This document shows positions 1-24,843 of a DNA stretch of 64,000 nucleotides, in pieces. The notes below the pieces were generated by a model. The model did not search any database. It worked only from the letters and a program-made list of their open reading frames with translations, and was not told the DNA's origin. The DNA is from Ylistrum balloti. Lineage: Eukaryota. The translations under genes and the position numbers were made by a program. Position 1 is the first letter of the stretch. Every line of letters begins with the position of its first letter. The DNA lies in the NCBI RefSeq assembly GCF_031769215.1, contig NW_026782240.1:310001-374000 (forward strand), given 5' to 3'.

Positions 1-10973
<10,973 letters not shown>

Positions 10974-13406
10974 TTCGTGTGTAATTTCCAGTTTTCATAA
11001 TTGCTTTGTGTTTGAAAAGAAAGAACTGGTCAAGAGTAAATAGGATGTGAAATGACTGAACTGACCAATCCCAATCAGCAAAATTGTTTTGTGCTAAATT
11101 TTAGAAATATTTACAATATTGAGTCTAGGAGGTTTTACATCCAGACCATGTTTGCCCCTTAACTTCCCAGACACATGTACAAGTTTTGGGTGGATTTTAT
11201 TCTCATACCGAGGAGATAGGAACCATTTCTTCTTAGTGCTTATATCTACTTATTACTGACGTCAATGGTTTGGATATGATTCAGATATCCACATATCTAA
11301 GTAAACAAGATTTACTGGAAGTTGTTGAATAATGGGTTATTATCATATAATGTGCCAACTTGAAGATGAATAGATGTACACGTGTAAGAGAATTTATATA
11401 ACATTACTACCCCAATATACTGTTGATTAGAATAACTTATGCTTATATACTTAATGTTACTTCCATTTAGAGCGCTAACCTGTCATGTTAGAACTTTATC
11501 ACAGTTCAGCATATTGACAGAAGAGAGGGGCTGCACTGAATCAGTCTGTAGAGCATTGACCTACATTGAGGTGCATGCTACGACACTCCTTACAACACTT
11601 CTTACCCATGGTGGTTTGTGTTTCTCAGGAAGCTGAGAAACAGACTGGTCTGTACTGATATCATGGTGTTACTCTGGATGCCTTGCAACAGACAACCTGT
11701 ATATTGTTCAGTGATGAAGCTACCAACTTCTACACTTTACCCAGCCTTAAAATGACCCTGACTGTTCATGGGTAGAAAAGCACACTAAACATGATAAAGG
11801 ACAACTAAAACACAAATATGTATATCGGGTTACTAAACAAAACAACATGTGTCCTCAAATACTGTATAAAGAGTTGTACTTATCCTGGTTTATTGTTTTG
11901 TAAAATTTCAAGTTCTTTATATAATAACAAATGAATGTGCTTAATGATACAACCGTAGCTTACCGGGTAGCTACTGAATTGTAGTTTGTGGGCTTCATAC
12001 AAACACAAACAATGATTACAATTGGAAGCAACCTTTGGAATAAATAACACTTTATCTTGATGAGTTGTATTTTTCAGTCTGAAAATAGAATCTTTCTTAC
12101 TCTCTGTATGTGTGAGTTGTAAGTGTACTATTGCTCAAATGGAGTTCACTCTCAACCAATAAATTAAAGCATATTTTGCACCAGTGTGTTCATCATCTAC
12201 TTTATAGTTCACATTGTTTTACAGTATTCTGAAGTGTGGTTGTTTGGATTCACGTGCTTGTTGCTGTTTTGAGTGATGTGTAATATATAGTTAAGTTTTA
12301 AACATTTTGTATTCATTAGGAAAATGTATCAGTGTGTGAAAGGAAGAAAAAACCTTTGAGCTTCACTACAAGTAGAATCTAAGTCTTCATAGTGTAAAAG
12401 GAGATGTGGCCTGTACATAGTGTTAAAAAGGTCTCTGTTACTCTGCTGTTGGAGAATGCTTTTTGACTTAGTTGGTAGAGCTACAGATTATAGGCAAGAA
12501 ACACAAGATCAATTGTTTTGGGTCTGTGCAGGAATTTGTTTTTCCTTTTTCCTCTTACTCTGATGCTGTGACCCTCTTCTGGTTATATCCAGCCATGTTT
12601 GTGTGTTGTGGGTAACTAGACAGTCACAGACTGGAAGGTTTTAGAATAAGTTTAGTTGGCCTTATTCCATGGCAGGTGGATTGCTTGATACTGAAATACA
12701 GATTGGTAAGGTGACCTGGACACTTCACTTCCACAACAGCATGACCTTGCATGTTTAGAAAATCTCGTTTCTTCAATTCCATTTTTAGTACAGTAGTTTC
12801 TTATTGATAGCCGAGTTAAAAGCTTACTGTGGATTATTTTTGCATATCAATTACTTTGTAGTTGAGGACATTGGGGTCAGAGGTTAATTGTCTATTCAGT
12901 GTACCTTGTACATAATGTAGGGGTTTTTTTCACAATCTGTAAAGTGAATCTGTGAATGATCCATTCATTAGGTTTTCAAATCAGTAATAAATGTTTACAT
13001 TTGTGTGATAGATTGATAAAGCAAATGATGTATAAGATTAAATTTATAAATTTTCAATAAAATGATTATTTAAGGATTATTACAAAGTTGAAGCATTCTT
13101 TGTTTTCTATTTGAAATGTTTGTTCATTTGAAACACTATAATGGTATTTGACAAAGCTCACAACAATTATGATCAACCTTGAGAATAAAGAAACACAAAT
13201 AAGGGTCAGACCCATCCTCTAGAAGACACCATATGAAACCAAAGCTGACCACAATATAGGAAGGGAGCTCAAACATTGGGTCAGTCAAACGTAAATTTTG
13301 ATTTGCTTTGAATCTCTTGGACAAGTACGACATGCAATGTTAGCTGATATAGTACTTATTAAATTAACTAGGAAACTGATTTCAACTAGTTTTCATATAT
13401 GCAGCA

Positions 13407-14520
13407 GAAACTAGAAAATCTCAGCAAGACCTTATAGCCCCCACTGTTTGATGCATACAACATTATCTATCAAAACATAAACAGTGACCTTGACCTTGGA
13501 ACCCTGAACTCATCTGAGTTATTGCCATTCTTGACCTTAGCATCATGAAGTTTGATGGAAATCTCTAAAGAAATAAAGTCCCTTGTAGTCATTGAGACAG
13601 GACATCAGAACACAGGTAAAATATCCTTAGCGAAATTTGCTACCCATCAACAATTTTTTTTTTTTTACTTTGATAAAAAAATCACACAGTCCATCCAAAT
13701 TCAAGATTGTTACTTCTCTGCCATTGTAATTTTTCAAATTTTTTTTTAAAAACTGACCATGGGCAATCATACATTTTGACACCATATTAAATTAAGAAGT
13801 GTTTTGCTGATCTGTTTATCATAAGATACAGCAGTTAGTAACTTCTAATGTGAAAAATCCAAAATGGCTTCTGACAGCAATCTTTGAAATTTAGTCGTAC
13901 TCAAAATGTAGCTATGCAACTAAGAGCCATATTAATCATTTAATATAGATGGAGTTTCATGAACATCCCTTCAATAGATGCAGAGAATGGGCAGTCCCAA
14001 AATTCAAATATCCAAGTCCAAAAAGTATGCTGGCAGTCATCTTGAAATTTGGATGTTGCCAAACTTATGACATGTATACCTCAGATCATATTGATTAGGT
14101 TATAGTCTTCAGTGGTTCTGGAGAAAAAGTTAACACAATCCATAATGATCATTAACCTTAACCAAAGACCATCAAAACTTAATCAGATGTCGATCTAAAT
14201 GTCACAATACTATACCAAGTAACCAACACAGTTTTCTATCAGAATGTAATAATTACCTCTCCTGCATTTGTTAAAAAAACCATCTACAATTTGATTGCTT
14301 ATCTCCTGCTGTCCAGCACCAAGCATTCCCTTTGCATGACCTCTTCTCAATAACCAAAAAGCATTGGGTCTGTAACATGCTGGGATGAAGGGCTACCAAG
14401 TTCAAATGAATGACCTTGACCCACTTTCAAGGTAACTGGGGTCAAAGGTTAAAAACTGAAAACAATTTCTTCACAATAACAAACAGGTATGTAACATTCT
14501 GGGATGAAGGGCAAACATGT
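13407..14520. mobile_element. Composite of decayed interspersed repeats between the LRRC40 and CLCC1 3' ends
   Basis: gtgaccttgacct motifs; tgggatgaagggctaccaag / cttctcaataaccaaaa segments shared with 29815-30396. Confidence 0.45.
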
Positions 14521-16076
14521 TTGCTCAAATGAATGAATCCACAATGAAATTTACATGGGTCAAAGGTGTGAAGAAAATTTCTTCTTTCCTACGAGCATTA
14601 AGTCCTGGGTACAGGTACTTGTATGTAGTATGCTTGAAGGATACACTTTCAAGTTTGTAGAAATTGACTTTAGGAACTGACAAAGTCTTCTGTGTAAGCT
14701 GCAGAACAGATGAAAGATTCAGGCCTGTTGCTCCCCACCACCTTTTTCTTCTTCTGAATATTCCATTCATCAAAGATGCCAAAAAAGAAAACACAACAGG
14801 TGGTATCTTAACTTGAACATTTTACTTTGTTTTGACATCATAACATTATGTACAGTGATGCTAATTTCATCCTTCCTAAAGCTCTAATGCTACAAAAGTA
14901 AATCATCTTCAGTTTTACTGGCATCAAGACAACACATGGACCTATTTCACACACAATACTCCAACAAACTTAAGTTTGCTTGATAAACACAATATTATAA
15001 GCTTAATACATGTATACAAAATCTCATAAATATGTAGAAGTTAGCATTCACAAATTAAATATACACTTGATAAATGAGTTAATAAAGAATTGCCAAGTCC
15101 AATCTATAAACCAAATTTGTTGTATCACAAGCAACATTTTCCTCTGACTAAATTATACAACATTCTGTGTCAATGTCTTTATGCCCAGCACTTTGTGTAG
15201 GGAATCAAGCACAGATATTTAAATCTGTACATCTCACATACCCTGCTTCTTAAACTGTTTTGATTATGAACAATTCAGCATGAAATTAGTTTGATATAAA
15301 AAAAATATCATTAAGAAGACTGTTTCGGTTTGAATACATACATAGAAAAAAAAATGACAATGTATGTGATGTACTGCTATTCAAAGGGGTCTTCCAACAT
15401 TTATGCATGTCTATTAGACATTTTTCTAAATACATTCTTTCATTATTATCTACATAATGATATGGAATAAGAAATCCAATACCAATATCCACTACAGATT
15501 TGATAAATCAACAGCTGTTTTTCCAGTTTTCTTAAATATTCCTTTTTGACAGTGCTGGGTACTGGTAATTCTGGAATATTAAGTAGTAAGGGAATTTCAA
15601 TTGTCAAGGTATTGTTTTACTACGAAATGATGGTAATAACCATCTAGGTAATACATATGTATTAAGTATCAGACGTAAGAGTACTTTTCTTTCAAATAAT
15701 CTGGTGAATCCAGAAAACTGTACACAATATTTTAGTAGCATTACAGAACAGTCCACCTCCTCAACCCTCAAATCTCAACTCATTTGTACAGTTTGTGATC
15801 TGCTTTTGATACCTACTGAGGCAGCATTACAAATATACTTGGGAAATGAAAATTATTATGTTGCTTCAGCGAAAAAAAACCAAAACAAAACAAAATACAA
15901 ATGGAATGTAGCTGGGCTAATAACTTCAAATTAGACAATGGAACAAACTGTGAATGAGATTAACATGAAACGTAACTATTAAAGTTGTTCAAGGGAGATA
16001 ATGCACCTATATTCATGAAAACAAATAAGCAAAACAACCTAAATCAATACTGATGGAAAAGGAATAAGGAAGACAA

Positions 16077-19000
16077 TCAAGAGGGTTCAGGACTGATAAG
16101 ACCTGCTGGTTGAAGTGTCACAACCTCATTAGACTGTTGTGTAGGACTAGGAGTTGTGGCTGTTCCCTCACCAGTACTAGCTACCGGTGGAGAGGAACCG
16201 GTGTCTGTTTTAACACCTCCATCCTCCTCATTTTTTACTATGTCAGCATTTGTAATCTGCGTCCAGTTTTCTGAATCAGTTACCTCAGAACATGGAATTG
16301 GTGTTTTAATCTCTATATTTTCCATGTTAGGATAAAGCTCAACAATGCTACCTCCTGATGAGGCTGACGATAAACTTCTCTCCACATCATGCTCTGGGGC
16401 CTCTATTGACATTTGTTGGGTCGCTGGGGGATTACTTCCTCTCTGTGGTAGGGTAGGAAGGCGGTCCCCTGCACCCTGCTGTTGTAATGATGCACCATAT
16501 TCAATAGCAGCCATCTGGACTTTCTCCATGTGCATGATCCTCTCCATAACCTTCTCTTCCTGATTAACCAGTGCTTCTTGGATAGCCGTCATCTGAAACA
16601 TATTGCAAATATATACTTGTCTATAGCACAAATAAAAAGGTACTCCTGTCTATAGCAAATTACACACCTGTATACACAAATATACAGATATACCTGTCTC
16701 CAAACATATAAATAAACAGGTTCACTTTTCTATCAAAATAAATATACCAGCACACTTGTCTTTAAACACATATATACATACACATCTCTCTATTAATGCA
16801 AATATACAGGTACACCCATCTTATAACACAAATTAACAAATACAAATGTCTGTTGACACAAAAATACAGGTAAACCTGTCTTGAAACACAATTATACAGG
16901 TATAACAGATATAAACAATACTATATTGGTCCATATGCTAGTAAACACAAATCTTCAAGTGCCTTGCAATATATTTTTCTACAAGCTCTGACAAGGCTCC
17001 TACAGAAAAAAAAGGTCAGTTTTAATATGTATGTAGAGTTAAGCCATGCTATTCCATATGGTCATCACTCCCTGAATAATGGAAGACTGACCTTTTTCTA
17101 GAAACTCATACCGTCAACTGAAACTGGCTGGATTGACCAAACCCCAAAGTAGATGGGCAGTCATAATCACATGTTAGATTAAAGCATTTTTGTCCAATGA
17201 AAGATATTGGTCCCAAATTACATGTATGTCCCTCTTGGGTAACCTCTTTCCATCAAGATATAAGTCAACAGAGCCTACCTAAAAGTTGAAACTCAAAAAA
17301 GATTAAAAAGAAACACCTTGTGATAACTCACAAGTATTCACACACACCTGGTTCTGTAATTCTTTGCTATGCTCCTCTATTGCTTCCTGAGTACCTGTGT
17401 CTCCACTTGCAACAGCTGGTTGACCGGGCTCAATTGACAAAAAGAATGGCAGACGAATACTGTAGCCCATCCACATAAACAGAAAGAGGAATAAGAATAA
17501 AGTCACTGCAATAATGGCTATCGGATACATTGTTATAGGTAGGTCAATAAGTAAGGCTCTAAGGAACTCTCCTAAAGCTTCACCAACATCCTTTAACGGG
17601 GACACGAAAAAACGGACAAATGTCACAGCTAAGGCCTGAAATATACAAAAAGAAAACATTGATGAAGTACTCTTAGGCATGCTGATTAGTATGATCAAGA
17701 AAGTGCCCAAATTTTTTAACTGAACTTTTTGTATCTTAAAAATGGCATAAGTTAATATGAAGAGAAGCACAAATAAAAAAAGATGAAATAAACTTTCATT
17801 ATAATGGTAAACAAAACTGAATAAATTAAAACAATAACCATTCTAATACCCAACTTTCATTAGAATCAATATTGTTAAGAAAAGGAAATGGGACACTAAC
17901 ATTCCTAACCTTGGGAAGTTGTTCCTCTTATGAAGCTTTTAAGAACCTTTCCTTACCTTTGTAGGTGGTACCTTCAGAAATGGGCTTATCAGCATGTGTT
18001 CATAGTATTTCTGACAATTGTCTTTTTCAAATGTGAACAATTGACGGAATGCTGATTGAGCCACACCAAACCAGTTGTCAAGTACACCATCATCTACATC
18101 TTCTTTATCTCTCACACACTCTGGTGGTGCATCCTTCATGGCAACAGTCTGCTGCTGGATCTCTGCCGCCTGCAAGTAAGATCAGGAAATTTCTCCACTA
18201 AAACCTGCTGTACATTTTATCTTTTCATTCAGTTTTTAACTATATTGTAGGAGCTAAATATTGGAAGGTCATTTTTTTTTTTTTTTTTTTAAATATTTCA
18301 CTTTTTGGTATTTTTGAGGATGGAATAAATTTTCAAAAAAAATAATAGACATGTTGAAAGGAAAATTAATGGAGAAAACTGAAGTCTTTTTCAAGACTGT
18401 ATGAAACAAGTGGCCCAAGGGCCTTGACAGTCAACTGAGGTACAATGCTTCTTGTAACATGTCATAGAAATTATTTTGTAAGATAGCTTTCATTACATTG
18501 TACAAATGCAAACTGTACATAACATTGTGCTATCCCACGCTAAGGCTTCTAACCAAGTTTGAATTTTAAAAAATTAAACTAAAAACCAGTAGAACATCTT
18601 TGTAATTCTAGTCAATTTGACCCATTTTGGGCCCCACTCATCAGTCCCTGGGGGTTAGCCAAGGTCAATATGTGCATCTCAAAAAACTCTCATTTTATAC
18701 TGATAATTCTAACAAAGTTTGAACCATTACCAATAGAAAATAAGCAAATAATGTTCAAAAATGTAATTTTATTATATAAACTATAGTAAACTTTACCCCC
18801 TCCACAAAGAGAAAGGTAATTCCTGGGGTCGTAAAAAATTTCAATTTTGGTTAAGCCTCTGAAGGACTTTCCATCAATAACAAGTATTTGATTCAACCAT
18901 ACCTGTGATCTGAGAAGAAATTTTTGAAGTTTCAATCAATTTGACCATTTTTGGTCCCACCCCTTGGAGTTGGGGGGGCCATATGATTTACAATTTTGGT

Positions 19001-22000
19001 GCAAATTTAGCACCAAAAAATGTAAAATTTCATTGAAATTGATTCACAGGTTTGCCAGAAGTCAAAACTATTAAAAGTTTATGATGCATGACACCAGACA
19101 AAAGGGAATCACATCAGGTCACTCTGAGACATAAAAATCATTTTCACCCCAATGTTTTGGTAATCCACCCCGCCTTCCCACCTAAAAATTTTTTTTTTAA
19201 TGAACAAAATGTCCCTTTTCTTACTTTAGTTCAATCATCTTACCAAGTTGCTCAACACCCTTTCAAGACAAAAATAAAACTAGAGAAGAAATTCTTCTAT
19301 TCAATCGATTGATGAGGTGATAAGCATTCACTATACCTGAATCAAAACTTTAAAAGGGACAGAGTATTAATCTGGAAACAAAAGCTTGTCACCATTAAAA
19401 CACTGAAATACAAAAATAAACACAACCAAAATTACCAACCACAAGATACATCACTAAGAACCACCTTGGAAATTTCAGAGATGGTTGCTGTAAAGAAAGT
19501 CTGTAAATCTCACCTTAAAGAGTTCATACCAGGTCATTGGAATACTAATCAGGAAGGCCAGGATACATGCTTTAAGGACAAACTGACGCCAAGTCAGTCG
19601 TATGTTAATTCCTGCTGCCATGGTAACACACACCAATGCTATCATAGTGAGAACCTAAAAATGAAGATTTTATATTAATGTGAATTTGATAATGGTTACC
19701 ATTGCTGGTTTTCCATCTTCATTGTGTCTGTATCAGAGGTATGGCAGAATTCATGCATTGTTAAACATTTCCTCCAACAGCATCCTTGATACTCCTCCCT
19801 GGAGTATTAAGTGATGCTCCAATATGTATAAGGCATAAATGTAATTTGTATATCTACTGGAGCATAACTATAAGCTGTTTACACATTTATATATGTTTTC
19901 CATCAAACTCTTTTGCAGCAATAAAAAACTGAAAAGCACCTTAAAACATGCTGATTAATAGCATAAATACAAATTAACTATGAATTTCCTTTCTTGATTT
20001 CATTTCCATGGTATCTTTTTGTGACTTTATTCTATTCTCAAAAATAGCAACTTAGAACATTGCAAAAATAACAATTTTTCCAAGAATAACAATGTTTTTG
20101 GCAAATTCATAATAGTTCTTTACTGTTACATGGATGGACCTCATTATCTTGAATTAAGCAGGACTGTAGGAAAACTTCAAGTTATCCGAGTATTCGATTT
20201 AAGGGAGTTCAAATGTTTGATGTGGAGTTTGCCTGGGACTGATGAAATACTTCAACTTAAACAGGGTCTTTGAGATACATGATTTCAAGGTAACAAATTT
20301 TGAATTGATTTTAAATATAAATTTAAGTGTATATGCTAACCGTATGTAACGACAATTATATTGCTTACAATGTATTCACAACAGACACATTCTAGATCAC
20401 AAAACAATAATATGACATCATTTTTTATCAATGTTAACCTATATAACATAGACTCTTTGCATGTTGCCTCAGATAACACACATTATAGCTTTATGTCAAA
20501 CATTCAAATTATTATGATTTTCAAGAAGCTCTTTCAGAAGATAGACTCATATATATCAATATTTCAAAATAATATCTGAAATGTAAATTCAATCATTGTA
20601 CAATGGTCAGTTTGTACTTATTTCCAATGGGAATGCAATATGGATGACTTAAATCCTCCTAACACATATTATTCTACATATCTGTAACTAGATTGCATTC
20701 ATAATGACAATAGATACAATCTGATTACCTTTTGATGATTCAATGACAGACAAGCTAGACTGCAATCTATAAAGTTAAATTAATGGTATATATTGATTTT
20801 CACTTACTTTGATTATGTCCCACATGGAGACACCAAACTTCTCCTGGAACCATGCCTGCATTTTGTCTGTTGTCCCATAATGGGACTTTGTGACTCTTTT
20901 TAACATGGAGGTCAATATTTCATGAGCATCATGAACATTATCAGACTGACCGGCGGCAAATATTTCAAGATTATTCACATCTTCTCCCGACAGTTTTATC
21001 CACAACAGGAATTCTTCTGTTGATGATGACTGTGACAGCTAGAAAACAGACAGCATAAGTTTATTGGGATCTTATCTTCAGAAACAAATATAGAGTGAGT
21101 GTGGGACACAACATTTCATTTCTACCTGAAAATAATTTATGTGTAATTACTTGTAATTCCTCTTTAAGGTTATTGAAAAGTGGTCAAGTTTAATCTTTTA
21201 CCCTTAAAACTTTAACAAAATGTAATTAGTATGTAGAATTTTATGTTATGACACTGCAATGTAAACAATCTACCTATAATCAATTCTGAATTTTATTCAA
21301 ATAACATTTTTTAACCGATTTTTTTTAAATATAATTTTCCACTATTTAATGGGACTAGATCATCTCTCAAAATTCGTACCTTTGCCTTTAGTTTTTCATT
21401 TAACTGACAATGAGATTTTGACTTTATTTTATTTAACTCTCTATACCTTAGTTAACTGACTTTAAAAAAGTTTAGAAAATATGCTTTCCTTTATGCCTTT
21501 ACCTGACACATATACTGATCTTCACATAACTCCTCAAATATTGAGAGGTTGTGAGATGTACATTTACAGTTAAGAAGCAGCTTAAACTGCTGTTGTATCA
21601 AATCAAACAACACATACCTTTCCATAATAACAAATAACTCTGATACCAAATTTCTAATACATCAAAAGCAACAGACCCCAAGTTTGCATAGAAGAAGTTT
21701 CCTTATACACATAGTTTGAAAATCAATTAAAACAACTTACTTTTCCACGAAATTTTCCAAGTAAAAACTTGACATAATTTCGAAACAATATATTTGACTG
21801 TGACTTTGAATCAGGATTATCACAACTCTTTCCTCCATTTTCTTCTGATTTGACAGGTGGTGGCACAGTGGAAACAGGAGGAGATGACTTAGGTGTAGCT
21901 TTGGTGGTTGGTTCAGCAGAATTTGCTGGCATTAAATTCTCATCAACATCTTGAATGGACTTGAAAAATAAAGCAAAAAGTGTTAAATGTATTACAATTA

Positions 22001-22425
22001 TTAACCTGTAGTGTTCTTTAATTTAGAAAGTTTGTGAAGTCAATATACAAATATACTACTTACAGCAATTTACAAAATTGAAGTCCGTACAATCAAGGGA
22101 AATTCAAATGTAGGTCATGATAGTTTGATGGACTAGCTGTAGTTAACTTCTATACAGAAATGTTTTAAATCCAATTCACTCAAAACCCAAATACATTAAG
22201 TGACTTTGTTATAGTATAAATTATTTAGAAATGATTCCATTGAAAGCTCACCTTTTTTTGTTGCGGAGACTTTTTTGTAGATGGATGCTGAAAATTTTCC
22301 ATATCAAATGGATCAATGTATTCCTCATCCCCTTTAGCCAATGGATCATCTGACATACAGCTTGGTAAAGGGTCAAGTATTAACATTACCACCAAAATGG
22401 GCAAACAAAACCTCCAGGTCAACAT
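16077..22425 (-). CDS. CLCC1: Chloride channel CLIC-like protein 1 (ER membrane protein), about 593 aa. Exons in transcription order: 22425-22252, 21959-21741, 21038-20808, 19654-19514, 18169-17957, 17635-17348, 16592-16077
   Basis: All phase-0 GT/AG joins. Signal peptide followed by YIDPFDMENF (human WIDPTDMLNY), LFRNYVKFLL, a TM exon VLTMIALVCVTMAAG..AFLISIPMTWYELFK, then [51 protein letters not shown] (human [37 protein letters not shown]). Confidence 0.95.
16603..16915. repeat. Degenerate ~28-bp tandem repeat (acaaatatacaggtacacctgtcta..) in the last CLCC1 intron
   Basis: Recurrent aaatatacagg / cctgtct motifs abutting the acceptor of the last exon. Confidence 0.7.
18404..19136 (-). mobile_element. 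Non-autonomous Helitron/Helentron-like element in a CLCC1 intron
   Basis: Begins aaacaagtggcccaagggccttgacagtcaactgag (reverse complement of the same 3' end); degenerate internal gaccatttt..ggcccc units; the far end resembles the family 5' end. Confidence 0.6.
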
Positions 22426-22789
22426 GGTCAATACTGAAGAAAACATTAAATAATCATTTTTGAGTATACCAGTTGCATTTTGACATTCTGATAATGTGGT
22501 ACCAAATTGGAAATCAAAATCTATACAGGTATTTGCACTGATGGGTAGAACGGGGGTAAACAACATTCATGAGAATAACACAATTTGATTTGTGAAAATG
22601 TACCTTTGTAAAAGGAGACTATATAAGTTTAATAGGTGTATGATGCTGTTAAATTTGTTTTGCTCTACTGAGTCTTACTCTAAATTATTAAAAAGTGTTA
22701 TTCACTTGTGTCTTTTGTACAATCTTATATATGTTCTATCTATGCTGTGTATAACTTAATGTAGAAATATACGTGTATGTCATTGATTA

Positions 22790-23196
22790 AACCTCCAGTG
22801 TCAAAATTCAAATATGTCATTGCATTGTTGCACGATGGCCATGGTTAGAACTTCGACCTCAGGTAGTGGTCTCGTCTGTCAAACACCATTTATATAAAAG
22901 TATAAAGAGTATACCCCTTGGGGGCTGAGATCCACTGTTTATACAAAACTAATTGCTCTTCACCTCAACATGATTCAGGCCAAATTTGGACTAAAGCAAA
23001 TCATTCCTACAGGAGGAGTGGGATTTTAAAGAGTTTACTCCATTTCCCATCAGGATGCTTCTGACCAAATATGGTCAAAATCCCCTCAGTCGATCATGAC
23101 AAGTAGCATTTTGTTGAAAAATTGACAGACTACAGAATACGGACAGGCGACGGACGCCGCGGTATCCCTTGGACTTCGGGCCGTGTGAGTTAAAAA
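22790..23196 (-). mobile_element. Helitron-like non-autonomous element fragment in CLCC1 intron 1
   Basis: Reverse complement begins tttttaactcacacggcccgaagtccaaggg...gcgtccgtcgcctgtccgt, resembling the 5' end of the same repeat class. Confidence 0.5.
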
Positions 23197-23302
23197 TAGC
23201 TGGCTATATAACGCAATAACAAACTTCAATTTAAGCAATCTAGAAATGCCCAATACTCCAGGAGCAGTGGATAAAACAACTTCATTTCGTTCTTTACATT
23301 AC

Positions 23303-23425
23303 CTACGATGTATATTTCGATGACACTTTCTGAAATTGTCTACTTATCAGAGAACAAATAGCCGACATGTATTGTTAACTTTCATTTTTGCGTGAGCAGG
23401 CGCGAAAAATAAACTTCCGGCTCCT
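23303..23425 (-). promoter_or_regulatory. Probable CLCC1 promoter and non-coding first exon
   Basis: Minus-strand donor AG|GTAAT at 23303/23302. ETS-type CCGGAAGT on minus at 23413-23420 and a locally CpG-richer stretch. The coding exon has an acceptor only 8 nt before its ATG (22433), so an upstream exon is required. Confidence 0.5.
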
Positions 23426-24749
23426 GACTGCTAGGTGTGTGATATGACAAAATGGGACGCATTCGCGTAACCCGGTTGAAACGGTTCAGATGTCTGGCAT
23501 TATATCATTATACGAACGCACTTGTACCGGATATTTGATATATGTAAAACTTAAAATGCACAGTTTCGGAATTTCATGTCAAGCATAAATCAGTGATCTG
23601 AAATTAAGATATCATCCTTATACTTTAAAGCATAATGCTCCTCAAAATATGTGAGTGCAGTGAAGCAACCATTTATGTTGAAACTCTGAAAACTAATGAT
23701 GGTCAGCAAGTTAGTTCCGAACAGGTACGGCTGGACCCCTTATATTCCAATTTTCTCCACATGCATAACTAATATTTTCATATAATGAGTTTGGTTTGGT
23801 TTAGTTTAACTGTATCATAATGATAGTGACGAAATATTTACTTCTACCAAATTATTTACCTACCTCAACATACTGAGTATCATGTCAATTTTGGTATTGA
23901 GTAATGATGATGATGTTGACGTAAGACGTGAATGTGTTGTGTTTGAACGTCTTCGTTAACATAAATGCTTCTATTGACGCACCTCATACTTCTTTGTTTC
24001 GACTGCATGGTTGTGCAGTGCGATTAATCATATATCTCGATTTATATGTATGTGTTTTTATCGGGGGTGGGGGGAGGGTGTCTCTATCTAAAACAATTGA
24101 AAGGGAGGGTTTTTGACAGCACAGCTGGGTCATAGTAGAGTTCTACGTGTTTACGGTTCTATTAAACTTGCCCCCAGATATTTGTACTGCATCTTATTTT
24201 TGTAAACATTTCTCCTTGTGTTTTGATTATCTAGGGGGAAATAAGGCTGACCGATTGGCTAATTTTAGTAGCCGTTCACAATCAATCTTAAACTTCTTTA
24301 ACTTGATCCTATAATCTTCTATATTTTAGTGTTGGAAGACTCTTTTTTTTATTTGGTCAGGATACGAAAAATCTGTACTGATTGAATTAACTTGGTTGAA
24401 ATTAGTCTCTGGATTTTTTAAAAACAATGCAGTCTTTCCGGAAGATACTTACAGTTGTAGTCTCTGAGCATACATTGTAGTTTTCAATGATTAGACACAC
24501 TAGAAATTTAATGAGAAAAAATGTCTTCTTTCATACATTTGAATATTTTTAATATTGATCCTACTTTCATGTTCGTTTCAGCTATAACTTTGTTAACATG
24601 CTCATTGAATTTTTGGTTCTTTCAGTTAACATGCCGAGTTAATTATATCGTTTAATTAAAAAAATTGTTTGAAATTTACGAAGATGTAGTTTGTCACTAA
24701 TTCTTCATGTCATATATAGTTTTCTAATGATTGTAAATGGCGATTAAAT

Positions 24750-24843
24750 ACCGCAACCGGAATCACATAACATTTTGATATTCAAAGTAGCAGTCTTCTT
24801 TCATTTCCGGAAAAGTGCATTCTGGGTAACATCAAACATGGCG
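24750..24843 (+). promoter_or_regulatory. UQCRH proximal promoter with ETS-like and YY1-like motifs
   Basis: CCGGAA cores at about 24757 and 24807; AACATGGCG (YY1-type) overlapping the ATG at 24835-24843, as is typical of TATA-less housekeeping promoters. Confidence 0.45.

Noticed and set aside
17004-17101. Short inverted repeat agaaaaa..ggtcagt / actgacctttttct
   Set aside because: About 14 bp and partly homopolymer; could be a MITE relic but too weak to call.
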